A program made the translations under genes and the position numbers. From NCBI GenBank assembly GCA_051942245.1, contig JAVECL010000013.1, forward strand, positions 62,001 to 113,879: a stretch of 51,879 nucleotides of DNA, written 5' to 3'. The notes beneath the pieces are model-generated. The model had not been told where the DNA came from, searched no databases, and saw only the letters and a program-made list of their open reading frames with translations. Shown here one piece after another: positions 10,603 through 22,585 of this stretch (positions are counted from its first letter, which is position 1; each line of letters starts with the position of its first letter). Source of the DNA: Trypethelium eluteriae. Its lineage: Eukaryota.

Positions 10603-13145
10603 ATGGGTTACGGCGAGATCGATCAGCTTGCTATCAACACTATCCGGACGCTCGCCGTAAGTATCATGTATTTGCTGGCCGTCATCTCTTCTGCACATCC
10701 ACTCTCACCGCAACAATGTCGATTTGCCACCCTCGACTATCAATTGCTAATAAGACTCCATAAATCAGGTCGATGCGACGTTCAAAGCAAATTCCGGCCA
10801 TCCCGGTGCCCCTATGGGCATGGCACCGGTCGCTCATATTCTCTTCAACAAGTTTATGACCTTCAACCCTAAGAATCCCGACTATATCAACCGCGATCGC
10901 TTCGTCCTCTCGTAGGTCCCCAAGCGGCTCATTGTCCCTCACATCATCAAGAGACACGAAAGCCATATCTGTTCCATGAATACCTTTTTTCAATTCCCCA
11001 TATCGTTACAGAGCTGGGTACTGTTTCAGCTCTGGGTTAGACTCGGATCTACCGCTTGCGAAAGCCCTAAGTGCTTTTTCTGGACTGATCGAACTAACTC
11101 GTAACAATCAGAAACGGTCACGGATGCATGCTTCAGTATGCTCTCCTTCATCTCTTCGGGTATGACCTACCCTTGGATCAGCTCAAGCACTTCCGTGTAT
11201 GTAGTAGCGCCTAATCTCCATCAAATGATAAGTTGAAGGCATTGACAATCGGCAGCAAGTGGATAGCATCACACCCGGACATCCTGAATCCCACGATACT
11301 CCCGGTGTAGAAGTCACCACTGGTCCGCTTGGCCAGGGTTTCTCGAATGCCGTCGGCTTGGCCGTCGCACAAGCCAAGAGCGCCGCAGAATTCAACAAGC
11401 CTGGCTTCAATCTTTTCACCAACTACACATATATGTTCTTCGGTGATGGCTGTGCGATGGAAGGCATTGCGAGTGAAGCGGCAAGCACTGCCGGCCACCT
11501 TCAGCTCGGAAATCTCATTGCGGTCTACGACGACAATCACATCTCCATTGGTAGGATCTGACCCTCAGCAATCCACGATCAGCTACTAATCTTTTGATGT
11601 TGCAGATGGAGATACAAAATGTGCCTTCACTGAGGACGTCTTGAAGCGTTTTGAGGCCTATGGATGGCATACCCAATGGGTTAAAGAGGGTGATACTGAT
11701 CTTGACGGCATAGAGGCTGCTCTCAAGAAGGCGCGAGAGGTGACCGATAAACCTTCTGTTATCAAGCTGACTACAACCATTGGATTCGGTTCGAAGCTCC
11801 AAGGGACTGGTGGCGTGCACGGAAACCCCTTGAAGGAGGATGATTGCAAGCAAGTGAAGCAGAAGTTCGGCTTCGACCCCGAGAAGACATTCGTCGTCCC
11901 CCAGCAAGTCTATGACGCGTACCACCAGACTGCCGCTAAGGGCGCAGCTGCGGAGCAGGAGTGGAATCAACTGTTCGACAAATACGGACAGCAACATAAG
12001 GCAGAACACGCCGACCTCAAGCGGCGCCTGAGTGGTCTCCTGCCCGAAGGCTGGCAGAAAGCACTTCCCACGTACAAGCCCACCGATAAGGCCGTTGCAT
12101 CCCGTAAGCTTTCCGAATCGGTTTTGGAAGCGATTCACAGCGTCGTTCCGGAATTGATCTCCGGATCTGCGGATTTGACTGGCTCAAATAATACTCGATG
12201 GAAGGATGCCGTTGATTTCCAGCCCCCTAACCTCGGCATTGGCGACTACAGCGGTCGTTACATGCGCTATGGAGTGCGTGAACATGCGATGGCTGGCATG
12301 ATGAACGGCATATCTGCTTATGGTACCTTAATTCCTGCCGGCGGTACCTTCTTGAACTTTGTGTCCTATGCTGCAGGATCCGTCCGTTTGTCATCTCTTT
12401 CCCACCAGCGCGTCATCTACATTGCAACCCACGATTCCATTGGCCTTGGTGAAGATGGTCCCACTCATCAGCCTATTGAGACCTTGGCACACTTCCGCGC
12501 TCTTCCCAACATGATGGTGTGGCGTCCGGCCGATGGGAACGAGACTTCGGCCGCCTACTACGTGGCTCTCACATCGAAATCAACGCCAAGTATCTTCGCT
12601 CTCACCCGTCAAAATCTGCCACAACTCGAAGGGTCCACCATCGAACATGCCATCAAGGGTGGTTATGTCGCGCTCGAGGACAAGGATGCTGATCTCACCC
12701 TTGTCAGCACCGGTTCGGAAGTCAGTCTGTGCCTTGAGAGCGTCAAAGTTCTTAAGGACAACCACAACATCAAAACACGAGTCGTTTCGCTGCCATGCGT
12801 TGAAGTCTTCGACAGCCAGTCCAAGGATTACCGCCTCAGCGTCATTCCTGATGGCATTCCCACCATGAGCGTGGAGGTCATGTCAACGCTCGGCTGGGAG
12901 AAATACTCTCATGAGCAGTTCGGACTCAACAGGTTCGGTGCCAGCGGTCCCTACAAGGACGTCTATAAGGTTCGTCGACCCTTGCTGTCGAGCTTGAGTA
13001 TGCTAATTGCTGATGCCCACACCTCTAGAAATTCGAGTTCACACCCGAGGGCATTGCCAAGCGCGGTCTAGCGACGGTCAATTTCTACAAGGACGTCAAG
13101 CCCCTGCGGTCTCCCGTGAATCGCGCCTTCACCAACTTGATCTGA
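10603..13145 (+). CDS. TKL1: Transketolase, 6 exons
   Basis: [49 protein letters not shown], the TPP motif GDGCAMEG...[16 protein letters not shown] and [16 protein letters not shown]; five GT-AG introns. Confidence 0.97.
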
Positions 13146-13833
13146 GTGGTATATTCCAACGTGAATGGTGTGACGCTAGCGAAGGATCGGCGGTTTAACA
13201 TGCAGACGCGCAACTTCGATTATGAGGATCATGGGGGGATGTCTTTCAGTAGTATATAGAATGACGCAAAAGTGGAGGAGGATCATGCGACCAAGCTCTG
13301 TTACATAACGATCTGCTATAGACTATGATTGCCAATTCGCATCCCCCCTCCACCTGCTTTGTTCCGCCAACTTCGTGAGCACATTCCCTCTCCATTCTGC
13401 TCTAGCGTATTAGTATCCGAGCTCGTCTCTCGCTGAAGCGACATTTCTCATAGCTTTGCCCGATGCAGTAAGGGAAAGTTGAAATGAACCATAACTCGAA
13501 GAAGCCACGCCATACCACTGTCGAAGCTATCAGAACCTGCAATTTCTTCATCGCTATTTTCAGGACTGGACTGTCGTATCATTCCGCTTGAATTAGCTCC
13601 CGTGTGAACGGAAATGGTGAGGATTGGCGCTTGATCCAACTGTATATTATTTTCGAGTCTGCCTGCTCCCTTTGGACGGTTGTTTCATCTTGATCGTCTT
13701 ATTTTATAGCTATAGATATAATGGCTTGCTTTCCAGTGGCCGAAACGACTTGGAATGCAAACCCCACCACTAGTCTCTTTCAAACGGTCCTCCTGTTGTC
13801 CAACTTCAATAGGAGTAGTTTCCCAGCGACACA

Positions 13834-14922
13834 ATGGCTCCTAGCAGAGGCGGAGCCAGTTCTGCTAGGAAGGGAACAGGTGGAAGCAAAAAAAGTATGA
13901 AGAATGCAAAACAAGAAAAGGTTATGGTATCTTCAAAATCGGACATTCCCCTAGAACTTCAACAGCGCACACTTGATATTTTCAAGGCCACCTTCAGAAA
14001 CGAGCTGAGTACAGATGTCTCCGCAACACTCCAGAAAATCAAACAACACCTTTATAATCGGGAATTCAGCTTAGCCTTTGGCTGTGAAGAGTACCTGCGA
14101 GTATACTGTGCCCGATGGAGCCCTAGTCGAGCTTTAGGTTACTTGCAAGTGCTCTCTGAAACCGTCCAGGACCATCTCGACCTGGAACAGGATGACGTCG
14201 AGGAAAGAAGCGAAGATGGAGCGAACGCCAGCTTCAAGAAACTGATAAGGGCAACTTGTCTCGGAGCAGGTGGAGGAGCAGAAATCGCTGGGTTTGTCGC
14301 ACACTTGCAACAGATAAACTCAAGCGTCTCTGATGAGAAGAAATCGAGGCTTGACCTGACCATAGTCGATATTGCCGACTGGTCACCGATTGTGCGAAGC
14401 CTTCGCGAGACCATCATTCAGCCGCCCAATCTTTCTGCGTACGCTTCCGGTGCACTCAAGGCTAATAATGTAGCTTTTGCTGCACCTGAATCATTCGCAT
14501 GTCGCTTCCATCAGTCAGACCTGCTACAGATGGATTTTGCGCAACTTCAGAGACTGCTCCAGGCCGTCGATCTCGTCACTCTGATGTTCACTCTGAACGA
14601 ACTCTACTCGACTTCCCTTGCCCAGACGCAGCGTTTCCTTCTCCAGCTCGGCAACTGCTTGAAGGCCGGAGCACTCTTCCTTGTGGTTGATAGTCCAGGG
14701 AACTATTCCACGATCCAGCTGAATGGCAAGGAGAAGCGGTATCCGATGCAATGGCTTTTGGATCACACCTTGCTACCAGATCCAGCATTGGGCAGCAACG
14801 AAAGAACCTGGGAGAAATTAGTTTCCGACGAGTCGAGATGGTTTAGACTGCCAGAAGGTCTGAAGTATCCAATTGCGTTGGAGAACATGAGGTATCAGAT
14901 TCATTTATACCGAAAGTTATGA
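13834..14922 (+). CDS. BMT6: 25S rRNA uridine-N3 methyltransferase (Bmt6/DUF3115 family), single exon
   Basis: IKQHLYNREF..AFG, Y-ARWSPSRAL-Y, CLGAGGGAE, DIADWS, TLMFTLNELY, VVDSPG-YS, YPMQWLLDHTL and LENMRYQIHLYR motifs. Confidence 0.85.
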   Translation: MAPSRGGASSARKGTGGSKKSMKNAKQEKVMVSSKSDIPLELQQRTLDIFKATFRNELSTDVSATLQKIKQHLYNREFSLAFGCEEYLRVYCARWSPSRALGYLQVLSETVQDHLDLEQDDVEERSEDGANASFKKLIRATCLGAGGGAEIAGFVAHLQQINSSVSDEKKSRLDLTIVDIADWSPIVRSLRETIIQPPNLSAYASGALKANNVAFAAPESFACRFHQSDLLQMDFAQLQRLLQAVDLVTLMFTLNELYSTSLAQTQRFLLQLGNCLKAGALFLVVDSPGNYSTIQLNGKEKRYPMQWLLDHTLLPDPALGSNERTWEKLVSDESRWFRLPEGLKYPIALENMRYQIHLYRKL

Positions 14923-15158
14923 ACAACAGTAGACATGTATTAGCATCCACGACCTAATGTGATGGCATTGAACAAAAGAAGATCATTTCCATTGGGGGTA
15001 TCTAAAAGGAAATTTTCCTCAGGACGCCGGAGAAAGAAAATGAGGAAGGCAGCATTCCTGAGCCGCAGATCCTGACACCTTCATCGAATGCGGAGGCGTT
15101 CGTAAGGGAGACCAGACGCACGCACACAGGGGCTAGCACATTGTTCAGCGATCGACTG

Positions 15159-16171
15159 TTAGCAAGCCTTGCCTCCGAATGGTGATTCCCTTTTCAGATC
15201 ATGGACAAGGTCATGTACGTTTCCCAGATGCCGCCCAAGGAGCTCCTGCTTCTCCTCCGACGTTCTCGTCACTCTTCCCTCTCGCTGCAGCGCACTCCTC
15301 GCGCCTTTGCCCGAATCCAAGCTCCGACTAAAGACTGCGGCCAACTTCACTGCTCCGCCCTCTGGCCCACTGGTGGCTGATGGTGCACTCTTACTTGTTG
15401 CTGCCTGGTCACTAGCAATCTCCTCTTCCTCCTCCTCTTCTGTTGTCGTGGCAGTCGGCTCTTCAGTCATGAGGTAAAAGTAGAAGAATTCGACGGCTTT
15501 GCGTTGGACGTCTCTTGCGGTCTCCTTGGCTTTGAACAGGCTCGACACTGTTCGGAGGCCGTCGAGCCTTTCGAAGTTTCGCGTATTGGCGGGACAGCCG
15601 AGTAAGGCGATGACGAGCAGGAGAAGCGCGGATGATTGGATTGGAGGCGGATTTGTGGCGTCGAGGAGATCGAGGATTGATGTCATTGGTAGCGATGGGC
15701 TCAGCAGATGACGGCTTGGCGGATGTAAGAGGAGCAGGCCTTGGAGAAGTGTGAGGGTGGATAGGATGAGCGTGTCGGTGTAGGAGGAAGGCTGATTGCC
15801 GAGGAGGTTGTCAAGCGTAGCAAGAAGGCGGGAGGTTACTGCGATGCGAGTCGTTGGTTATCATTTCGACTCCAGAGTTAAAGCAATCCAAGCGACGATG
15901 TAGGCTCACCATTCCACTCGAAGCTCTCCTGTAAGCGAAAGAACTCGACGAAGGCAGGATCCGAGGTTAGTTCGCTTAGGGATTTGGCTTGCGGACCTGT
16001 TGAACCGGCAAGAGGGAGAGCAGATGGGCGGCGTTTGCTGGGAGATGCTAATACTGACGCAGGAAGACAGAGTTGTGCAAGTAGCCCTTCGATTTGCTTG
16101 AGACCTTTGCGAAGCCGGTTGTTGTCCTTAGATGATAGATTGTCAAAGGCAAGCGATAATAAAGACTCCAT
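15159..16171 (-). CDS. cdc14: Septation initiation network Cdc14 (S. pombe-type CDC14 family, not the phosphatase); exons 16171-15910, 15838-15159
   Basis: MESLLSLAFDNLSS, RKGLKQIEGLLAQLCL, DPAFVEFFRLQESFEWN|V, LLLLHPPSR, NTRNFERLDGL, EFFYFYLM-E and EEKQELLGRHLGNV-DLV-DL. Confidence 0.88.
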
Positions 16172-17512
16172 TTCCAAGTCGTTAAGAGACGGTATGGGCG
16201 TGACGACCGTCCAGTTGACACGGGGTTCTCTCCGAATCTAACAGCTGGAAAATTCGCGTCAGATCGCCGCAAGAGACTGCATTAGACGTGGATCTCGTTC
16301 CTTAGAATACCGGTAGCGTACTTTTGGAGAGTGGCCTCGTGGTTGCGTTAATCAGAAAATCGGTAATGTTTGGCAGCCCGTTGTCAGGGGTAACGAGGAA
16401 GTATTGCAAGATACTCTACTGAGCGACTTAGTAGAAAGGTACGTACATAAGTACCTAGAGGTATCTACACCATAACTACGGAGTACCACCATCGTGTGCT
16501 CTACTACGTACCAAGGCGCTGATCGCTCTGAGCTTCCCTACCGAGGAAGTTGTCTAGGACTTCAAATTGACTTGACGGATGAGATGGCCCCTCTTGCGCT
16601 ACAGTGTCTATCATCCTCATTCAGACATGATCCAGATTCTTTCTACTCCGTACTATTTGGGAGGTACTCAAGATAGTTCCCTAAAATAGCAGCCCTCTTC
16701 AATTTCGCAACGGCGCTGTGGTCCAGCAAAAATGGCGTCACATGCATCTATACCAGGGGCATAGCTGTTGCAATGTCCGATACGGTGCTTCTGCTTGTGC
16801 GGACCAAGGACTGCTTTGGATTAAATTTTGATTTATGTTTGATCCTCCCTAGCTTCTTATTCTGCCTCAAGCTGAACTCAAAATCATTGTGAGAGCCTTG
16901 ATATTCTCAACATACGGAATACTAGAGGACTAGAAGCTGCTGAGTCGAGCAACATTTGAAGCCTTCTACAACTCTTACTTAGCCCTAGATCCAACCGTCA
17001 CCAGGACATGGTCGTTCGTGTGATCCTCATACCCTAATCCTAGGATTTGATTGTGCTTCGAGAAAAATGTTCAGATCTGCATTCGCCGCGAGTTGTTTCA
17101 GCCACACAAAACGCTGTAGGATCTGGCATGGCAGATTATTTGCAGCGATCCTCCAGTTCGGGCTGAATTTTGAGACTATGACGCGTGAGGCTACGAGGCG
17201 AACCCTTCGAATGCCCACCTTCTATAAGCCAGCTCTGCTATAAGCCCTTGAACAACTGCAATCTATGCTGCTCAATGCCTATATCAGAAGGCATCCAATT
17301 GGCTACAGTGAATCGTGCATATTAATCTTTCGAATGTCAAGCTCCGTCTTGTGGCCCTCGTCCTCTCACCGTCTGGTACTTATGTCTACTTACGTCACAG
17401 ACGGCCCCTCTCCGGTGCCAATGGCAAGCGTAGCAGGCAGCAGACCGCATGCAAAAGGACGATCCAACATGAATTCCTGCCTCGTCCAGCCTCGAAAGCC
17501 CCAACCTCAGCC

Positions 17513-18900
17513 ATGGTCTTCGAGAATCCTCCGTCACCCAACGTTATCCCGCCGCGAACGAGCTCTACCGGCTTCACGAACAACGGCAGCACTTCTACAA
17601 CGGCCACCAACAATGTACCTGTCACGGCCTCCAAACCCGTCTTGAAACCGCTCCCTGAGGACGACTGGCTCTCACAGAGCAAGAAGTCGCATTCGAGTCT
17701 TCAGCAACAGCAGCAACAAACCCCCCCTCTCCGCACTCATCATCAGCCTCGGCAGCAGTCATTTTCCTCCACTGCGTCGATGGCGCCGCCCCGCCGGGAC
17801 CCACCGAAGGACTTTGGACATGAACAGGTCTTTAGAGAGAGACCGGGCTGGTCGGTGGAGAAAGAGCGCATTGTGTCTGGTCCATTCGAATATCTGCATG
17901 GCCATCCAGGCAAGGATATCCGGACCCAGTGTATTGCCGCCTTCAACAACTGGCTCAAGGTGCCGGAGGAGAGCTTGGTGGTGATCACGAAGGTGGTGGG
18001 GATGCTGCACACGGCCTCACTGCTGTGAGTCTCGATACTCTTTCTTTCTTTCATACGAGGTGCGGTGGGGTTGTTCAGGAGGCAGGGAGAAACAGGGCTA
18101 ACTCCATCAACCGCGCACTAGAATTGATGATGTCGAAGACTCATCGCACCTTCGGCGTGGTGTGCCGGTTGCCCATAATATCTTTGGAACGGCGCAAACG
18201 ATCAATTCAGCGAATTATGTCTACTTCTGTGCGCTGAGGGAGTTGCAGAAGCTGAAGTCTCCGCAAGCAATCGATATATATATGGATGAGCTCGTTAATC
18301 TTCACAGAGGTCAGGGTATGGATCTGTACTGGAGGGATACCTTAACTTGTCCGTCAGAGGATGACTACCTAGAGATGGTGGGGAATAAGACGGGGGGTCT
18401 TTTCAGGCTAGCAGTCAAGTTGATGCAAGTAGAGAGCCAAATGCAGATGTGTGTAACCTCCTCTCCTACTTCAGCCATCTAAAATAGCGTTCTAATGAAT
18501 CGTATCCAGGGACTGTGTTCCACTTGTCAATACCATTGGCCTTCTCTTCCAGATCCTTGATGACTACTACAATCTCCACTCACCAATCTACTCGGCGAAC
18601 AAGGGCAACTGCGAGGATCTGACCGAAGGCAAATTCTCTTTTCCTGTCATACATGCTATACGAGCTGATCCGTCAAATCTGGTACTTATGAACATCCTCA
18701 AACAAAAAACGACAGATGACGAAGTGAAGAGATTTGCTGTTCAATATATGGATCGAATGGGAAGTTTTGAATATACTCGTGCCGTGCTGAGACAGCTCGA
18801 GGCCCAAGCGCTTGGCTTAGTAGATACGGCAGACGCGGGAAGAGGCGAAGGAGATGCTATTCGCAAAATCTTGGAAAAGTTGAGGATCGAAAGTGGATAA
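17513..18900 (+). CDS. BTS1: Geranylgeranyl diphosphate synthase (primary-metabolism al-3/BTS1 type); exons 17513-18024, 18122-18448, 18510-18900
   Basis: [27 protein letters not shown] (FARM), [33 protein letters not shown] (SARM), [13 protein letters not shown]-terminal IPPRTSS extension typical of the filamentous-fungal housekeeping enzyme. Confidence 0.95.
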
Positions 18901-19409
18901 TATCATCAATAGGTGAAACGAGCGATGCTGGTGCGATCAGACGCGGTCGACATTTGTGACCTACGTACGTTCTATGGGTCTCTCAGCCACGAGTTGAGGA
19001 CCGTGGGTGCATACTACTCAGATTATCGAACGAGAACCGGCAGCGATCTGTCCAATTGTTTTCCTTTTGCTATGCCCAACCTGGGAGTCCCCCAGCACCA
19101 TCTTTGGCGCTGTATGCCGTTCCAGAACTTCTTGTTGCACCCAGTGATGATAGTAGAGTTTGGAAACACAATCTGGTAAGCTATTCGGCACTGTAGAGTA
19201 TTGGAGCATTTGTGGAAGTTATCGCATTATCTCTGATCTCTGTAGTGTTCTAACTGGAATCCCTCCATTCGAAACCATTCCCTTTAGAAAATTCCGCCAT
19301 CATGCATTCATACTTTGCTTGGCCGTTAAGTAGCCAAGAGAATTCCACCATGATCCGGACGCCGATCCATGCACATGTGCCATGCAAATAGGACTAAGGA
19401 CGGCTCCGC

Positions 19410-20529
19410 TCACTTGCCTTCCTTCTCGGTCTCCTTCTCAGTCTCCTTCTCGGTCTCCTTCTCGGTTTCCTTCTGCGGTTCCTTCTCCGGTTCCTTCTCC
19501 AGTTCCTTCTCGCCTTCCTCGGCTTCCTCCTCGGTGTTCTTCTCGGCTTCCTTCACGTTGGCCTCGCGAATCTTTTGAGCAAGACGGTCGTAGATCTTCT
19601 CCCATTGCTCAACAGATTGCTTGAACTCCGGCGCTTTCCCTTTCTTTTCCTTGCCAGCATCGGCGTTGGCGTCATTGGCGGAACCCTCACTCCCTTCCCC
19701 AAGAGCTTTGCTGTCGTCCGTCTTCTTGCCACCGTTGTTGTCTTGCACGTCACTAGTGCCTGGCTTCTTGGCACGACGCTCTTTGGTGACCAGAATTGCA
19801 CTCGTCGGGCGCTTGGTGTTACCACACAGGCCTAGGAGTACACGAGATCGGACGTAGATATAGTCGATTGAGCGTTGTTCGCACAGGACCGGGAGGTGGG
19901 CGATGACATCGATGGGCCAGATATCGGCAGCGAGTACGAGAACGCATGGGGCGCGCTTGGTGATGCTCTCATTGTCGACACCAGTTTGTGGAAAGAACTT
20001 CACGTGCTTCACAACTTCCTTGACGCCGCGCTTAACTGCTTTGTTCCTCTCGGCTGCAAGAAATCAGTAAGGATACTTTGCAGGGTTAACGCAATCGCGA
20101 CGGCAGTTGGGACCTACCCATCATAACCCCGTTCAAGATATATGGCTCTTCCTTTTTGCTAACGAGTGGGTGCGCAAATGGTACGAGATCAGCGCGCGCG
20201 AGACCCAGTTCGCGGATCTGCTGTGCAAGCGTTGCCGCCTCTTCATCTTTGGCCGCGGCGTTGTCAGAAGAATGCTTGACGAGCGCGTCTTGTCCACGAT
20301 CGTTAGTATTGGCGTCACCAGAAGAGTGCGCGAGCGTGTCTTTTTCACCATCATTGGCATCCGCGTTGCCAGAAGAGTGCTTGGCGAGCTTCTCAGCAAG
20401 TTTGGCAGAAACCTTTGCATCATCTTTTTTATGGCTCTTGTGCTTCTTTACGCCGTTGGCCTCGGACATTTTGACAGTTTTGTCCTTCGCCTTGGCCTTC
20501 CCCTTGGCGTCAGATTTTTCTTTCGCCAT
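19410..20529 (-). CDS. NHP2: Divergent NHP2-like H/ACA snoRNP protein (L7Ae/L30e family); exons 20529-20118, 20053-19410
   Basis: LVPFAHPL, KRGVKEVVK, VLAADIWPIDVIAHLPVLCE and GNTKRPTS are Nhp2-type motifs, with a K/E-rich N-terminus; one GT-AG intron. Confidence 0.8.
19421..19516 (-). repeat. Coding 12-bp tandem repeat (~8 units, EKET/EKEP) at the NHP2 C-terminus
   Basis: Plus strand shows CCTTCTC(G/A)GTCT and CCTTCTCCGGTT units in tandem. Confidence 0.9.
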
Positions 20530-21337
20530 TCTTCTGTTGCGAGGACGAAAGACTATGGATTACATTAGCGCACATTCCACGTCCGAATCTCCATGTCGCA
20601 TAAGCGGACAGGCAGTGGTACTGCATACCAAGCTGTTCCGGCATAGTATGCACAGACGGCGCGAAAGTTTTAGCTTCTTTCATGATTGGCCAATCGCTCA
20701 GAGGCTGCACGGGATCGGCAGCTCTGAGGACCGTTTCACCTAAAACGTTCGCTTCAGTTTCGACAGGAACTAGAAGTTCCCATGCTGATCGAAGGAACAG
20801 GACAACAATAGACTTACGACAGAAAGGTCGTAGCGCTGCCGAGCAAGGGCCTATCAAGACCTTCAACGAGCGTGAAGGGAAGGTGCAGCTCTGAGGTGGA
20901 GAGTCCTACGCGTGGAAGGAACTTGTATATATTTCAATACCGCTAGTCCCAAAATGGGCTAACGAGGGGTTTAAGGTTTAGGCACCCATGCGTGACATGG
21001 CCACGAATCTCACATCTTGGCCGCAGACAGCCATTATTGCTTCACTTTGGCCTGCAGAATCCAATTGGCAAGGTGAATGCGGGCAGTCACGGGATGCTCT
21101 CCTGGTCGTGCAGTGTTCATCATTTATCATTTGGAAGCGCGAGAAGACTTTACTGAAGGATGACAAAATATCTTTCTCAATTGCTGAGTGAAAGGTTAAC
21201 TATGATCCCAAGCTTCTTGTGAGCTATCTAGGTGCAATTCGTGGTGGAGGGTATCTACACGACGATTCCAAACTTGGAAAAGATTTGTTGGAATGATGGA
21301 TACAAGATTCATCATGTGCCAAGCCTCCCGAGTACCG

Positions 21338-22585
21338 TCACTTCAATTCGTTCAAGAACTTCTTTAGTGGCTCCTTCACCTTCTCCTCGATCTTTTCCTT
21401 CAGACCATGATGCCCACCTCCAGGAGTACCACTGGGGCCAGGACCACCAGGACCGGATGGCATTGGCTGATCTCCGTGAAGACTCTCGCACATGGTCCCT
21501 ACATGACCTCCCATGTCCGGCAAACTATCTCGGAATTCAAGAAGTTGGGCCCGAGCCTTGCGATTCTCCCAGCCGTCTGTTGGGTTGTCGGTCGCATGGA
21601 AGATGACGACCAACTGTTGACCAAATGGGATGAATGAGCAGTGACCCGGTCCATGGCAATGGGCTTGATCGCCGACGGACTGCAGTAGGGGCTGATGCCA
21701 CTTGTGCCAGCTATGAGGGTTGAGGGGATCACCACCTCTGTACTGTAAAACACCGAGTTTGTAGTCCCTCGTCCATGACCCTGCGCAGCTATAGACTATG
21801 CCAATGAAGGAGCCGCGAGGATCCGCGAGCCATTGAGGACCCTCGTTAATGCCAGCATCGCCCGATCTCTCCCATGGATTATCAGGACTGGAAATGAGGC
21901 TTGGTGGACTATCAGCCGAGATAGCGTCGTGCATGCGAGCTATGAAAAGCTGTTGCGTCTTCTCACTTTCCGGACGACCATCCAATGGCCAGCCTGAGTA
22001 AACGTAGTACAGCGCATTGTCAATCCAGAATACGGTGCCGTCGATAGACCACTGCTGTGTAGGCATATTCCTAATAGGTCCAAACAACTCCCAATGACCA
22101 CTCGTTGGTTCTTGTTGAGTAGATGGACCGCCTAGGACAATCATGCGGTGTGAACGATTGCCTTGGCCAGGTTGCGCTGCAGCGACGTAGACATACCAGC
22201 GGCCATTGATGGCATGCAGCTCGGGAGCCCATACGCCTTCCGACCAGTCAGAGCCAGGCTGCGGTTTCCTTGTTTTCTTGTTAGCATTGGCCACGATTGA
22301 GATCTTTGGACTGCATACCAAATCACGGTCTTGTTGACACCCGGGTGTTTGAAGTCAACCGGGTTGTCTGATGTCCAGATCTCCACGCGGTCACCAGCCG
22401 TGAAAGTCTGAAAAACACTCAGCATAAGCTTTGAGGAAGTGAAAAGGAGCAATTGGATGTATACGTACCAAGTAGTAGCGGCCATGGGCTTCGTGGATAT
22501 ATGGATCCGGCGTGCTGTGAGGTGTAACGGTGACTGTGACATTACGGCGTACGCTGCCTAGTGGATGTTGCAAAGAACCGCTCAT
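21338..22585 (-). CDS. Glycoside hydrolase family 43 (arabinofuranosidase-like five-bladed propeller); exons 22585-22469, 22407-22319, 22268-21338; possible upstream start at 22822
   Basis: PDPYI (general base), WAPELH, WSIDGTVF (pKa modulator), INEGPQ (general acid), YSCAGSWT-DY and GPGHCSF; two GT-AG introns. Confidence 0.9.

Noticed and set aside
11515..12138. Long antisense ORFs over TKL1 and other genes (also 49243-49974, 20107-20743, 6318-6902)
   Set aside because: Shadow ORFs produced by codon bias of the sense genes.
13448..13720. Small minus-strand ORF with a TATA-like TATAAAA upstream
   Set aside because: The first ATG after the TATA box closes quickly, and no coherent spliced product could be built.
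15159..16171. Cdc14 dual-specificity phosphatase
   Set aside because: No HCxxGxxR motif; the motifs match the unrelated S. pombe SIN Cdc14 family.
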